From positions 1 through 64,000 of the IMG/VR virus record IMGVR_UViG_3300044641_001047: 64,000 bases of DNA; one strand, 5' to 3'. Shown here in pieces: positions 38,001 through 46,776 of this stretch; the first letter of the stretch is position 1; each line of letters starts with the position of its first letter. Source of the stretch: a virus. Under the pieces are notes generated by a model. That model was not told where the DNA came from and did not search any database. It worked only from the letters and a program-made list of their open reading frames with translations. The position numbers and the translations under genes were made by a program.

Positions 38001-40943
38001 AGCTGTAGTTGATTTTAAAATACTTAGACCATTAACATAGGTAGCCCCATCTTGCTCAATCATTAATACAGTCTGAGTATTAGATAAAAGAGAAGATTGG
38101 GAGGCTGCTAAGCTAGGATATTGGTTTATATCCCCTATATATCTTTCTGCACCTGAACCTGGTTCTGTCCACAGTATTCCTCTGTCTACTTGATTACCAG
38201 TAGAGTCATTAAAAGCTCCTGGGGTGTAATATCTAGCTGCTATAAAGACATTTCCCCAAAGAAGTTTAGGACCTGGGTTGTCAAAGTAATCACTTTCAGG
38301 GTTATCTATATTAAAATCGAACATGTTGCCTAGGTCTTCATGTATCCAAGCAAATGTGTCTTCTCCTATCCCAGATCTAAATGCCCTGTAATATTGATTA
38401 CGAGTATCACTGTTAGTAGCATCTGGAGTGTGAAATCTTAGTGCTCCTTTATACCCACCTCTCCAGCTCTCCATTAAACATATGTATTGTATGTCAATGT
38501 GAGTAGCAGTAGCAATTGTAGGACGTTTTCTTAAAAGATTGAAATCATGGAACTTAAATACAGGGTTGCCTATATAGTTCATTTGAGGAGTATCGTCATC
38601 AAAATTCCTCATCTCAGAAGTATACCCATATATTCGTAGAGTATCAGGGACTTGTGTCCATAAACTATCTGATATTGCTAATCCTCCATACTTAAGGTGT
38701 CCGTCTAGTGACCATATATTAAAGAATGGTCCAGTCCTTGCATTTTTAGTTGAGTTTGATAAGTTAGAGGCTAAGTGTGAGGTTGCAGGGTGTGCCCCAC
38801 TTTGACCAATGATTGTTTTATTACCTTGAGTTCTCTTAGCGTAGTAAACCTTATAACCTTGAACCTGGTTAAGTATAAACTTTGGAATTTTTAAATTCGT
38901 AAGTTTAATTCCAAGTATTCTAACCTGATCATTAAATACCCTATATCCATCTGCATTAGATAAGTAATTAGGATCATCTAATGGAATATCTCCAAAGTAA
39001 GTATCTCTAACCATATGGCTATATGCACTATTGTGGTTAGAAGGCATTTTATGATGCCTAATATTGCTATTAATTAGTGATGACAGATAAACAGATTGCC
39101 CAGAAGCATCTACTCCCCATACTTCAAAGTTTTTGTTATCTGGATAGAATTCATTTAAGTTTTGCCAATATCCCATGTTAGAAACAGTAGGCACTGTCCC
39201 CATGTAACTTGTATCAAAGTATTGGTATACTCTAGAGTTAGGATCGTAGCTTTTTATTTCTCCTGTTTTTATGCCTAATCCTATAGCTCCTAAATTAAAT
39301 CCTACCCCTGTTTCAAAAGTTGTCCAATCATCTTCAAATGCATCTACTTTATCCCTCCCAGGAATATGATAAGCAAATGATTCACTTCCATCTTTTAAAA
39401 TAAACGAAATATAAAATGCATAGACTTCTCCTCTTCTGTATCCTTTTTTCTTAAATAAGTTATTAGGATCTCTATATCCTGCAGACTTACCTTGTTGAAT
39501 AGGCATAATAACACTAGTTACATAAGCTTCTGATACCCCATCTAATGCTTGAAATTGAGTATGCCTTATATTAGTTGTTAACTCTCCCATTGGTCCAACA
39601 ATTGCACCATTTACTGTACTACTTAATGAATTCCAAGTAGTCGGAGAGCTGCCAGGATAACTAGATGCATCAGGATAAACTAACTGAGAGTAACCCTCAT
39701 TTAAGGTGTAGATATCATATCTTCTAGGATCAAATGGGCTTACTAATTCTACTACAGGTTCTATCTTAATATTATTAGCAAATCTCTGATATCCTAAATC
39801 TGGACGACTAGTGAGATTAGCAGCATATAACATATTATCTAATTGGGTAATTGACTTAGCAGTTAAGAATCTAACTTTATCAATTACTGCCTCTCTAATA
39901 TCAGATGCTGCGACTTTCTCTAGGCCACTGTATACAACATTTACTGTGCTCCCTGTGATATTTACATTTTCTAACTTATAGACAAATTGAGATTTACCAC
40001 TATATTGAACTACGTAAGGTACTAAATACTTGTATTCTTGATTGATATTAGTCAATCTCCACTGAATTGACTTATCAGTTTGTGTTCCGTTAGGGGCTCC
40101 AGTTATTGTCTCTCTAGGAAAGCTATCATCATTAGCTGGGACAATGTAAACTGGGTTAGATACAGTAAGTACATTGGTCTCTGTCCTATCATCATCAGCA
40201 TATCCTACCCCTAGATAGTATGCTCCTGTAATTACCCCTCCACCTTTTAATATAACAATATCGTCAAATTCTGGTATTCTCCCAGAATCCATAAATAGAT
40301 TCAAAAACTCTACTCTACTAAAATTACCATATAAGTTAGTTGGATCTAATGTTGTAACTAAAGATGCTTCTTGTTTAGTTATATTAAATACTCGTGGAGG
40401 ATTATATTCAGATACATATTCTATGCTAGTAGCAGGATCAGCAATAAATGTATACTTATTGTCTGTAAAGTATATAATCTCCTCTTGAGTTGGAGACTCT
40501 CTTAATTCAGCTGTAACTGGATGATTAACATCAAAGTTTAAGTGACCTAAGGGGTTTATGGTACCTGGAGATGTAGATACAACATTAGTTGTATAGTAAA
40601 GTATTGTAGCTAATCTTGTAGCTACGTTCACTTTATGAATTGTAGATACTGTTACTACTATACCACCAATAGTGGTAAATTCCCCAGCTCCAAATATTAT
40701 GAAGTTGTCATCTAGCAATGCTATTTGTCCAACAGCATTTATTGGTACACTTGTAAAAGCTCCACCAAATGTTGGGACAGTTACATTAAGTGTTCCTACA
40801 GAAATAGTTCCATACTCATTGGCTACATTAAGCTTTAAATCGTCTACAATAAGATTGAGGGCATCTCTGTAAGTGCCATCTACCTGGTCCATACGACCAG
40901 TATCTTTTAACATACCTTTTAAAGGCTTAAATGAATCTGCCAT
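35076..40943 (-). CDS. Tail muzzle / stabilization protein (P22 gp10 / tail tubular B-like)
   Basis: 1955 aa, beta-rich. N-terminal KGMLKD...YRDALN, YRRGEVYAFYI, GGDTYI and C-terminal WTISFS...WASRHSY. Follows the tail tube gene. Confidence 0.8.
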   Translation of the reverse strand: MADSFKPLKGMLKDTGRMDQVDGTYRDALNLIVDDLKLNVANEYGTISVGTLNVTVPTFGGAFTSVPINAVGQIALLDDNFIIFGAGEFTTIGGIVVTVSTIHKVNVATRLATILYYTTNVVSTSPGTINPLGHLNFDVNHPVTAELRESPTQEEIIYFTDNKYTFIADPATSIEYVSEYNPPRVFNITKQEASLVTTLDPTNLYGNFSRVEFLNLFMDSGRIPEFDDIVILKGGGVITGAYYLGVGYADDDRTETNVLTVSNPVYIVPANDDSFPRETITGAPNGTQTDKSIQWRLTNINQEYKYLVPYVVQYSGKSQFVYKLENVNITGSTVNVVYSGLEKVAASDIREAVIDKVRFLTAKSITQLDNMLYAANLTSRPDLGYQRFANNIKIEPVVELVSPFDPRRYDIYTLNEGYSQLVYPDASSYPGSSPTTWNSLSSTVNGAIVGPMGELTTNIRHTQFQALDGVSEAYVTSVIMPIQQGKSAGYRDPNNLFKKKGYRRGEVYAFYISFILKDGSESFAYHIPGRDKVDAFEDDWTTFETGVGFNLGAIGLGIKTGEIKSYDPNSRVYQYFDTSYMGTVPTVSNMGYWQNLNEFYPDNKNFEVWGVDASGQSVYLSSLINSNIRHHKMPSNHNSAYSHMVRDTYFGDIPLDDPNYLSNADGYRVFNDQVRILGIKLTNLKIPKFILNQVQGYKVYYAKRTQGNKTIIGQSGAHPATSHLASNLSNSTKNARTGPFFNIWSLDGHLKYGGLAISDSLWTQVPDTLRIYGYTSEMRNFDDDTPQMNYIGNPVFKFHDFNLLRKRPTIATATHIDIQYICLMESWRGGYKGALRFHTPDATNSDTRNQYYRAFRSGIGEDTFAWIHEDLGNMFDFNIDNPESDYFDNPGPKLLWGNVFIAARYYTPGAFNDSTGNQVDRGILWTEPGSGAERYIGDINQYPSLAASQSSLLSNTQTVLMIEQDGATYVNGLSILKSTTATGFKGATYLYNSFGESCIAISLASGLPMLGGYITNEWSYVGLSNLIWSLRIYPQFNISSGDVLDNTIASSSYTLVGGHDINFRRGNVWSSSVSSTNTGDGYWYFVENEFLKVMMSGHSSLRQPFNIQTPPISSGSSVIANIVGRLASAYGQFVLDIQWSNPPGNINNIIPGHTVNSVDGPTFSATVLNTYNLSQNDHDGYLVLSTIPPAGQYHYQVVGGAVSNAPGNANNNPKARPNTYLINLCSNKTDVFEPFDKQQLVWTGYYKSLSTADITTGIDADGNYYYGDASSSSESGDILGGDTYICRYSYRTTSNLYGLGRFKKGVNNEAVYQATSNSTLINLRTYMAYLWGDIPLDMNTGKTPSYLNNIYDQTAVDYNVLWWGGAPDSTATPSVIEGAGNEFNGARKNSIFNNNNWSTSGFEVFTTVYQYMVESDDNINYRHAGDPELGVSEINSMFFDKYVAADVLYRSPLGDLTKMDNILYEDHYSALQDIRVPIAFPKETTVTIAYPNRVIRSATQDGNFNDTYRYFLGIQYKDFAVNKGPITNIFNLKALLYIHTERSLFRTKGKQNIELGDATQAYIGSGDLFAQEPDEFIQSIEGYNGLYNKMGSLVTKDGYIFVARKSRKIFLVKDEVIDLTQLGINAWARENIPFALEAYGWDPDYAGIPTDAPTGDFGFLVSYDPLFKRTLITKRELVPTQLFIDEFTQGSITYSRGKATFNLPGGVLIPLEVGLYFERGGWTISFSNSLSVWASRHSYIPLLYGYNSKYMYSFSTVLSPGGLTSSIYEHSDISNPGRFYGTVYNFEIDCIFTAPVNAVYSGFKYTADVFTKFNTSLPVEQQFSPGFTSFYVYNTTQISGEIDFVYLNNIRKTDNTWNVNAFRDLSKIVSNSGLAVGQINVQGTPYTSTSAPIATEPMFLSEGIINSNYIDSNKPWYEQRKFVDKFLGIRLIANNLSKNLINLYTVTAALRVSPR

Positions 40944-40945
40944 AT

Positions 40946-41842
40946 TTATAGAATTCCGTAGTTAGTATATCTTCCTCTATCTAAAGTCTCTCTAGTTCCA
41001 AGGTTTTCAAAGAAGTTAGCATGTCTGTTGAGGTTAGGAACAAGACGAACCCACTGGTTCATGAATGATTCGTACTTATCAATGCTTGGGAAGTTAGATT
41101 GGTTTCTAGCTTGTGAGCAGTAGAACTTCCACTTGTTATCAGCAAAGTCATACCCGATACCGTTCATAGATGGGGTATATCCTCCAAGCAACATCTGCTT
41201 GTATACATACCAGAATAAAGCTTCTTTAAAGCTTACATTATCTGGGATCATTGGGTAGCAGTCTTCATCAATTGGGAATGCAGTGTAGCTTAAGCATACA
41301 GCTCCGTCTTGGAATGAAGTCTTAATGTAATCCCCATCGATGGTATAGTTAGGCTTAACTACACCGTATAGGTTCTTACAATCTTCACATTCTAAACTGT
41401 TAGAGAATGTGGTAGTTCCATATTGCAATGGAGTAAGTGGTTGACCTGTATTCATGTACAGGTTCTCAAGCACAACTATCCTAGAGTTTAACTCTCTAAG
41501 TTGATAGTTATATGCAATCTTATCGTTTGGGTCAGATACGATTTGAGCATTTAAAGTCTTTACTTGATCTAATAGTTCAGTAAGCTCTACAGATATAGAA
41601 GGGTTAACAGAGTTGTTAACTGCTACTTGCTGTACATAGTAGAGGTCCATTGGGAGTAGAGCCTTAAAGTTCTTAATAGGCAAAACACAGCCCTTTTGAC
41701 TGAGCTGTGGTGCAGAGCCTATATGCTCTAATGCTTCCCCCATCCATTCTACTGCATCATCAATCCAGTTATCTCCAGGAGGTTTTAAGTCCCTCATAAC
41801 TTTTCTGATAATGACCTTACTTGATATTAGTTTGTACAGCAT
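40946..41842 (-). CDS. Tail tubular / ring protein (P22 gp4-like head-tail adaptor)
   Basis: 298 aa. EWMGEALEHIG, YIKTSF..G.VCLSY.AFPIDEDCYPMIPD..SFKEALFWY. Position between IHF-like and muzzle genes. Confidence 0.78.
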   Translation of the reverse strand: MLYKLISSKVIIRKVMRDLKPPGDNWIDDAVEWMGEALEHIGSAPQLSQKGCVLPIKNFKALLPMDLYYVQQVAVNNSVNPSISVELTELLDQVKTLNAQIVSDPNDKIAYNYQLRELNSRIVVLENLYMNTGQPLTPLQYGTTTFSNSLECEDCKNLYGVVKPNYTIDGDYIKTSFQDGAVCLSYTAFPIDEDCYPMIPDNVSFKEALFWYVYKQMLLGGYTPSMNGIGYDFADNKWKFYCSQARNQSNFPSIDKYESFMNQWVRLVPNLNRHANFFENLGTRETLDRGRYTNYGIL

Positions 41843-41845
41843 CTT

Positions 41846-42352
41846 TTAATGTTTATGAAACCCAGGTACGTATTTCTTAAACCGTAAGTAGGCTAGGTCA
41901 TCAGTGTGTAAAAGGGCAGTAAGCTTTTCCTTATTGCCCTTCACACCTCTAGTAGCATCAAACCTATATGCGGTTTTATTTTTAATCTTAGCACGGCTCT
42001 TGGTCCAGTGGAACTTACAGTAGAATTTATCTGTATAGTAAATGTGCCACTTTTCCCCTTCCCCTGTTCGGCTATCATAAAGCTCTACACCTTTGTCAAG
42101 TAGTTCCTTCTTGTATTTCGTAGTCTCTCCCCAGTCAATCTGTGGTTTTCTTGGGTCCCTTTCTACTCTTCTAACTGATACTGTACCTAGGTTATTCTGC
42201 AAATTGAATTCGTATCCGTTAAGTAACTCATTAAATATTGCAATGTTAAACTCAGAACATATGTCAGAAAATACTCGGTAATCTATCTTGTCTTCAGTGT
42301 TTTCGTCGTAGTCTTTAAATATAGCTCTAATTGTATGTGATTTGGTTTGCAT
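41846..42352 (-). CDS. IHF/HU-like protein of the crAss tail module
   Basis: LLNGYEFNLQNNLGTVSVRR HU-like arm, IDWGET motif; conserved position before the tail tube gene. Confidence 0.7.
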   Translation of the reverse strand: MQTKSHTIRAIFKDYDENTEDKIDYRVFSDICSEFNIAIFNELLNGYEFNLQNNLGTVSVRRVERDPRKPQIDWGETTKYKKELLDKGVELYDSRTGEGEKWHIYYTDKFYCKFHWTKSRAKIKNKTAYRFDATRGVKGNKEKLTALLHTDDLAYLRFKKYVPGFHKH

Positions 42353-42357
42353 AAGTA

Positions 42358-42930
42358 TTAATCAAAGCATATCTCTCCTCTGTTGCATTTACCAATGTTC
42401 TTTCTAGCTTTTTTGGTACGTTTAACATTAGGCCCTGTATCACGAGTTCCTGATGAACCCTTCTTCGGTTTCTTTGGACCCATAGCCTCCATCATATCCA
42501 TACCAGCATCGTTAGCACTAGTAGAATCAGACATGCCACCAAGACCTTTTTTGCCTGCAGCAGCCATTTCTTGAAACTTAGATTTGCCATACTTTTTTCT
42601 TCCTATAGAAGCAGCAATAGCTTTAGCAGAATCTTCCGATTTACCTTTACCTTTAAGTTTGCTAACCATAGCAGCAAATCTTCCACCACCACCTGGCTCC
42701 ATAGACTTGCCACCAGACTTCTTCATATCTACACCTCTACCTTTCAATACGTCTGCTTTGGTTACTTTACCATCACCAGTAAGGTCAGGGAATCCACCTG
42801 CTTTATACTTCATTCCACCATAGCCTTTTTTCATCAGCTTGTTTCCAAAAGTAATTTCTTTTGACTCCTCCATGAAGGAGCTTTTCTTTTTAGAGGACTT
42901 CTTGCCTCCCTTTTTATACATTGGTACCAT
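42358..42930 (-). CDS. Lys/Gly-rich basic protein with EF-hand/dockerin-like loop; candidate internal DNA-associated protein
   Basis: 190 aa. FPDLTGDGKVTKADVL loop, GGGRFAAM...AASIGRKKYG, multiple KxGG motifs. Confidence 0.65.
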   Translation of the reverse strand: MVPMYKKGGKKSSKKKSSFMEESKEITFGNKLMKKGYGGMKYKAGGFPDLTGDGKVTKADVLKGRGVDMKKSGGKSMEPGGGGRFAAMVSKLKGKGKSEDSAKAIAASIGRKKYGKSKFQEMAAAGKKGLGGMSDSTSANDAGMDMMEAMGPKKPKKGSSGTRDTGPNVKRTKKARKNIGKCNRGEICFD

Positions 42931-42941
42931 CTTATTCTTTA

Positions 42942-43181
42942 TTAACAGTTTTTACCACCCATTCTTTTCTTAGACTTACCTCCGAACTTAAGTTCCTTGG
43001 ATTCCTCTAGAAAATTATACATTGATTTACCACCAGTCTTTTTAGAGGAGGCTTTAATTTTCTTTTCTTGTTTAAGCATCTCTTTAGTTGGTTCTTTACC
43101 AGAGCCTTTGTTTGCCCTGATATTATCCCATAGACCTCTTTGACTAGTAGAGCCATCAGCTCTTTTAAGCATTTTCTTCAT
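42942..43181 (-). CDS. Small basic hypothetical protein
   Basis: 79 aa, GLWDNIRANKGSGKEPTKEM, Lys-rich with GG motifs. Confidence 0.65.
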   Translation of the reverse strand: MKKMLKRADGSTSQRGLWDNIRANKGSGKEPTKEMLKQEKKIKASSKKTGGKSMYNFLEESKELKFGGKSKKRMGGKNC

Positions 43182-43395
43182 TTTCTGTAAGTTTTTTATC
43201 GTACATGGCTCTCTGCTTTCTTGCAGTCAAAGCACGTTCTATGTTAAACCAAATAAGGGTAATACCCCCTACTATTCCTAATCCCCAGGTTATAGCATTG
43301 GACATCATTGCTACAGTCCATCCAGCCCATACAGCATTAAGTCCGATCCATTCAAGTTGGTGAGTCATATTGTCATCAAATTCTAAGTTTCTCAT
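43165..43395 (-). CDS. Small membrane protein, possible holin
   Basis: 76 aa with hydrophobic segments (WIGLNAVWAGWTVAMM, ITWGLGIVGGITLIWF) and a charged C-terminus. Confidence 0.5.
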   Translation of the reverse strand: MRNLEFDDNMTHQLEWIGLNAVWAGWTVAMMSNAITWGLGIVGGITLIWFNIERALTARKQRAMYDKKLTENEENA

Positions 43396-43398
43396 TGT

Positions 43399-43665
43399 TT
43401 ACCAGTTTGAGCAGCTCCCACATCTCCAGACACGAAGAGCTTTGTTTATTCTTGAATTTGGGTCGTTTGCAGTTTTGCTTGATGTCAGCTTAGACTTCAT
43501 CCCACACATCCTGTTACAGAATGAGTTACGTCGTTTTCCACCCTTAGGTTGTGGGGCCCCTAGTTTAGATCCAGGGTTAGCGGCACGGTAAGAAGCTCTG
43601 CCTTTTGCATTTAATCCTCCTTTTGGATTCTTACCTTCTGATCGTTGCCAAGCTGGTGATGCCAT
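43399..43665 (-). CDS. Conserved small basic phage protein (DUF6321-like)
   Basis: PAWQRSEGKNPKGGLNAKGRASY...RRNSFCNRM.GM...DPNSRINKALRVWRC. Confidence 0.75.
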   Translation of the reverse strand: MASPAWQRSEGKNPKGGLNAKGRASYRAANPGSKLGAPQPKGGKRRNSFCNRMCGMKSKLTSSKTANDPNSRINKALRVWRCGSCSNW

Positions 43666-43668
43666 CGT

Positions 43669-43678
43669 TACAAAGTTA
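43669..43678 (-). promoter_or_regulatory. Bacteroidota-type -7 promoter element
   Basis: Minus strand reads TAACTTTGTA-ACG-ATG (start 43665). Confidence 0.6.
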
Positions 43679-43686
43679 ATTTAAAA

Positions 43687-44409
43687 CTACTGAGGTTGGT
43701 TATCGTAGTTAGAATTTTGTTGAGCTGTTTGTGGAGCCTGAGGAGTTAAGTCCTGAGTTCTATCTGCAGTGGTATCTGTAAATGTACCAGCAAGTAATCT
43801 TAGTTCTCCAGCCATCATGCCTTGGGTAATGGCTTGTACCATGTCCATCGGCATAGGAAAGGGAGTGTCATCAGTATAACAAGGCAAACCATTACAATCA
43901 CTAAATTTAGCAACTTCCTCTGGATTTTCGAATATACCTCTGACATTGACATAGTCTGCACCTTTATTATTTAGAATGTATAAGTAATCTTCAATCATGT
44001 AAGCCTTCATGTTCTTCCCAGTGAATTTATCAGCTGAGATATAAGCTACTTCAAAAGGCTTAATCATCTGCACCCTTGCAGTTCCTGTGATATCTCCTAC
44101 GTAGGTAATAGCTTCTTCGAAGTTAAACCTTACAGTTCTAGGGATAGGCTTAACACTTCTCCAGGCTGGGCAGTCTATATTAATGTTACAACACTTAGAT
44201 AAGTCAACTCTCTCAAGTTGCACACATCTTAAATCTTGCTCTAAATGCCTTGTTACCAGTCCATTTCTGGCATAGTCTCTACGAATGAATACAGCACGGT
44301 AGTGCTTAATATTAAACTTAATCTGATCGAGAGAGACGTTATCATCGTTTGAGGACCTACCCCCTCGAAAGGCATTTAGAAGGTTATATGCAATCTCATC
44401 TAAGGTCAT
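43687..44409 (-). CDS. Tail ring / structural protein
   Basis: 240 aa. MTLDEIAYNLL..RGG..S.D, Cys-containing CVQLERVD..KCC, VRGIFENP, FPMPMDMV. Crassvirales ring-protein pattern. Confidence 0.7.
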   Translation of the reverse strand: MTLDEIAYNLLNAFRGGRSSNDDNVSLDQIKFNIKHYRAVFIRRDYARNGLVTRHLEQDLRCVQLERVDLSKCCNINIDCPAWRSVKPIPRTVRFNFEEAITYVGDITGTARVQMIKPFEVAYISADKFTGKNMKAYMIEDYLYILNNKGADYVNVRGIFENPEEVAKFSDCNGLPCYTDDTPFPMPMDMVQAITQGMMAGELRLLAGTFTDTTADRTQDLTPQAPQTAQQNSNYDNQPQ

Positions 44410-44420
44410 CTATGAATGTT

Positions 44421-44720
44421 TTAATTACTTATTTTATTAGTCATTTCTTCCTTAGCTTTCACCAGGTCGATACATTTTTCGTATTCTTCGTTCTGTTCAA
44501 AATAACTTATCATAAGGTCTGCAACATTCAAAAAGTCCTCGAGCCTGCTAGGGTTAAATGGAAATATAACCACAAGCTTCTCGGCAGTTAATTCAGCTAA
44601 TGTTCTTTTAGCTGTGATTAACTTGTATCCATTGTTGTAACAAGCATCTATTGATGCTACTTTATCGAAGAACTCTTCCATATCCTGGTCGAATTCTTCG
44701 TCGTATTCATCTTGACTCAT
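44421..44720 (-). CDS. Hypothetical protein
   Basis: 99 aa, acidic; YFEQNEEYEKC helical motif. Confidence 0.6.
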   Translation of the reverse strand: MSQDEYDEEFDQDMEEFFDKVASIDACYNNGYKLITAKRTLAELTAEKLVVIFPFNPSRLEDFLNVADLMISYFEQNEEYEKCIDLVKAKEEMTNKISN

Positions 44721-45868
44721 TTTACAATAGTTTGTAGATAACCCTCCAGCCCATTAGTTTTACTCCAGATATAAGCCTGGCCTGTTCTAAGAGCTGAGTA
44801 TCCCATTGTTCTGTGCCAGTCATCATTAGCACAGATGGAGGGGATAAATCTTACTTTAATTCCACGGTATTCATTAACCATTTCCTTGTGTAAGTGCCCA
44901 CAGTGCACCTCTCTAACTGAGCATCTGGCAAACATCTCTGGTTGCTCAGTTGCCATAATCAGTGGCATTTCACTTGGCTTCTCCTTATCCCCGTGAGTAT
45001 ACATTATCATGTTTACCCCGTACTCTACATACTTCCTACTTTCCATGCTGTTATCTACAACGACATTTTTATCGTTACGATACCATCCTTTGATGACATC
45101 CCCAGCATAGAACATTCTTTCAAAATCGTGATTCCCTGATATAACTACTACATGAACTGGAGCTTTAGTCTTTAGAAAGTCTATAGCTTTAGTCATCAAG
45201 TTGCAATATCCCTGGAAGCTTTCTCTCCATCCTATTGCATCATGCTGAAAAGTTCCTTTGGTTGTAGTCAACCTCAGTCCTTCAGAATTCATTCCGTCAT
45301 TCCCGATAGGAAGAATGAATTTCTCAATATTCAATCCTTTTGCTTTATCTACTAAGTTGTAGACTGTGCTCATGAATTGTTCTTCAACTGCCTGCATGGA
45401 TAGCTCCGTTAGCTTACCATAGTGTATATCAGGAAGAGAAATCTCGTAGGCTACTCCTTCATCTCCTGCTTGGAATGGGGCTGACTGCTTGTATACAGTT
45501 GGACTAAATATAGCAGCAAACTCCTCAATCTCCATCTTTATCTCAGCCATTGAGATTTTATCACCCTTTGTAACTACAGAGAACCGTTGTTCTCCTCCCA
45601 TTGTTTGCCAGAATTTAACAGATGATACATCATCTCTGTTAATTCCGTTTTCTAACAGATAGCTTTCAAACTCAGTTATTACACTGTCGTTTTCGTTAGA
45701 GTTATCAGTGAGGCCAAGTCTAGCTTGCTTAAGCAGTTTCTTAGCCTCCCTGATTGCCTCTAATGCTATCTTTTCTTCAACATCGAACGTGGTAGATACT
45801 CTGCTAGGGCCACTTTTAAGGTAACCTGGTTTTAGCTTTAGTATGTCTACCAGTTCTTTTAAACTCAT
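44717..45868 (-). CDS. Calcineurin-like metallophosphoesterase
   Basis: DIHYG, GND, GNHD, HGD and GHLH motifs in canonical order. Confidence 0.88.
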   Translation of the reverse strand: MSLKELVDILKLKPGYLKSGPSRVSTTFDVEEKIALEAIREAKKLLKQARLGLTDNSNENDSVITEFESYLLENGINRDDVSSVKFWQTMGGEQRFSVVTKGDKISMAEIKMEIEEFAAIFSPTVYKQSAPFQAGDEGVAYEISLPDIHYGKLTELSMQAVEEQFMSTVYNLVDKAKGLNIEKFILPIGNDGMNSEGLRLTTTKGTFQHDAIGWRESFQGYCNLMTKAIDFLKTKAPVHVVVISGNHDFERMFYAGDVIKGWYRNDKNVVVDNSMESRKYVEYGVNMIMYTHGDKEKPSEMPLIMATEQPEMFARCSVREVHCGHLHKEMVNEYRGIKVRFIPSICANDDWHRTMGYSALRTGQAYIWSKTNGLEGYLQTIVK

Positions 45869-46293
45869 TAATGTACGATTTTGATTAGAGCTTCTAACTG
45901 CTCAGCTGATAAATCTTCTGGCAGATGAGCTTCGTTAACCATTTTCAATTCCAAAGTAGCAGTCTCATCTAGCTTTGAATTAACTAGTTCCATCTGCTTC
46001 TTTCTTTCTTCAATTACCTCTGAATGCTCTTCTTCAAATTTCTTCAAGCCTTCTCCGTCCTCAGCTTGAATGTACTTTTGAGCTTCCAAAGAGAGTAACA
46101 TAAATGCTTCTGAGGGTTTAGCTTGCTCTTCAATTGGATCTAAATGAGCTTTGATAACCTCAGAGTTTTTAACTACTGCCTTAGCATAAGCTACTCCTTT
46201 AGTTGATCTTGTCTCATTCAGAGTTTTAAAGATGTTCAAAAACTCTCTGTTCGTCGCTGTTACGTGTACTCCGTACTTCTCTGTCTGGTTCAT
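45868..46293 (-). CDS. Hypothetical helical protein (possible tail fibre assembly chaperone)
   Basis: 141 aa, charged and helical, downstream of fibre genes. Confidence 0.55.
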   Translation of the reverse strand: MNQTEKYGVHVTATNREFLNIFKTLNETRSTKGVAYAKAVVKNSEVIKAHLDPIEEQAKPSEAFMLLSLEAQKYIQAEDGEGLKKFEEEHSEVIEERKKQMELVNSKLDETATLELKMVNEAHLPEDLSAEQLEALIKIVH

Positions 46294-46320
46294 TTATATT
46301 TGGTTTTAAAAAATTTGCAA

Positions 46321-46758
46321 TTATTGGTTATATATCTCTGCAGTTAGTTTATATCTTGCCGAGCTATTAGCAGGCGGTACTACTGCTGCTGTCATTAAAT
46401 ATTCAACTTCTACTTTTTTTATTATAAAAAATGCTCTGTTACCTCCAGTAATAGCTAAATAATCTGTAGCCGCTGTTCTTACTAATGTTCCTAGTGCCTC
46501 GTCTATATCGGTTGTAAATTTGCCGTCAGTTACACCCACTAACAGAAATCCAACTATTTCTTTCATTGAAACACCACTAGCACCTGTATAAACAGATGCT
46601 CCAGCCGCAGCAAATTCTTGAGGAGTTTTTATTAAAAAATTTGACCCAGTAGAAGAAATTATCATTCCACATACACTTGGGAAATCTCCTTGATCTATAG
46701 AATTAGTATTAGTAACTATGTTACTTAGTAAATTATCGGTTGTTGAATTATAAGCCAT
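46321..46758 (-). CDS. Hypothetical protein, probably tail-associated
   Basis: 145 aa, beta-rich, directly after the tail fibre gene. Confidence 0.55.
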   Translation of the reverse strand: MAYNSTTDNLLSNIVTNTNSIDQGDFPSVCGMIISSTGSNFLIKTPQEFAAAGASVYTGASGVSMKEIVGFLLVGVTDGKFTTDIDEALGTLVRTAATDYLAITGGNRAFFIIKKVEVEYLMTAAVVPPANSSARYKLTAEIYNQ

Positions 46759-46776
46759 TATTTTAAATTTTAAAGT

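Noticed and set aside
43685-43710. AACTAC-N14-GTAGTT inverted repeat upstream of the 43669 promoter
   Set aside because: Only 6 bp, AT-rich and mostly within coding sequence, so expected by chance
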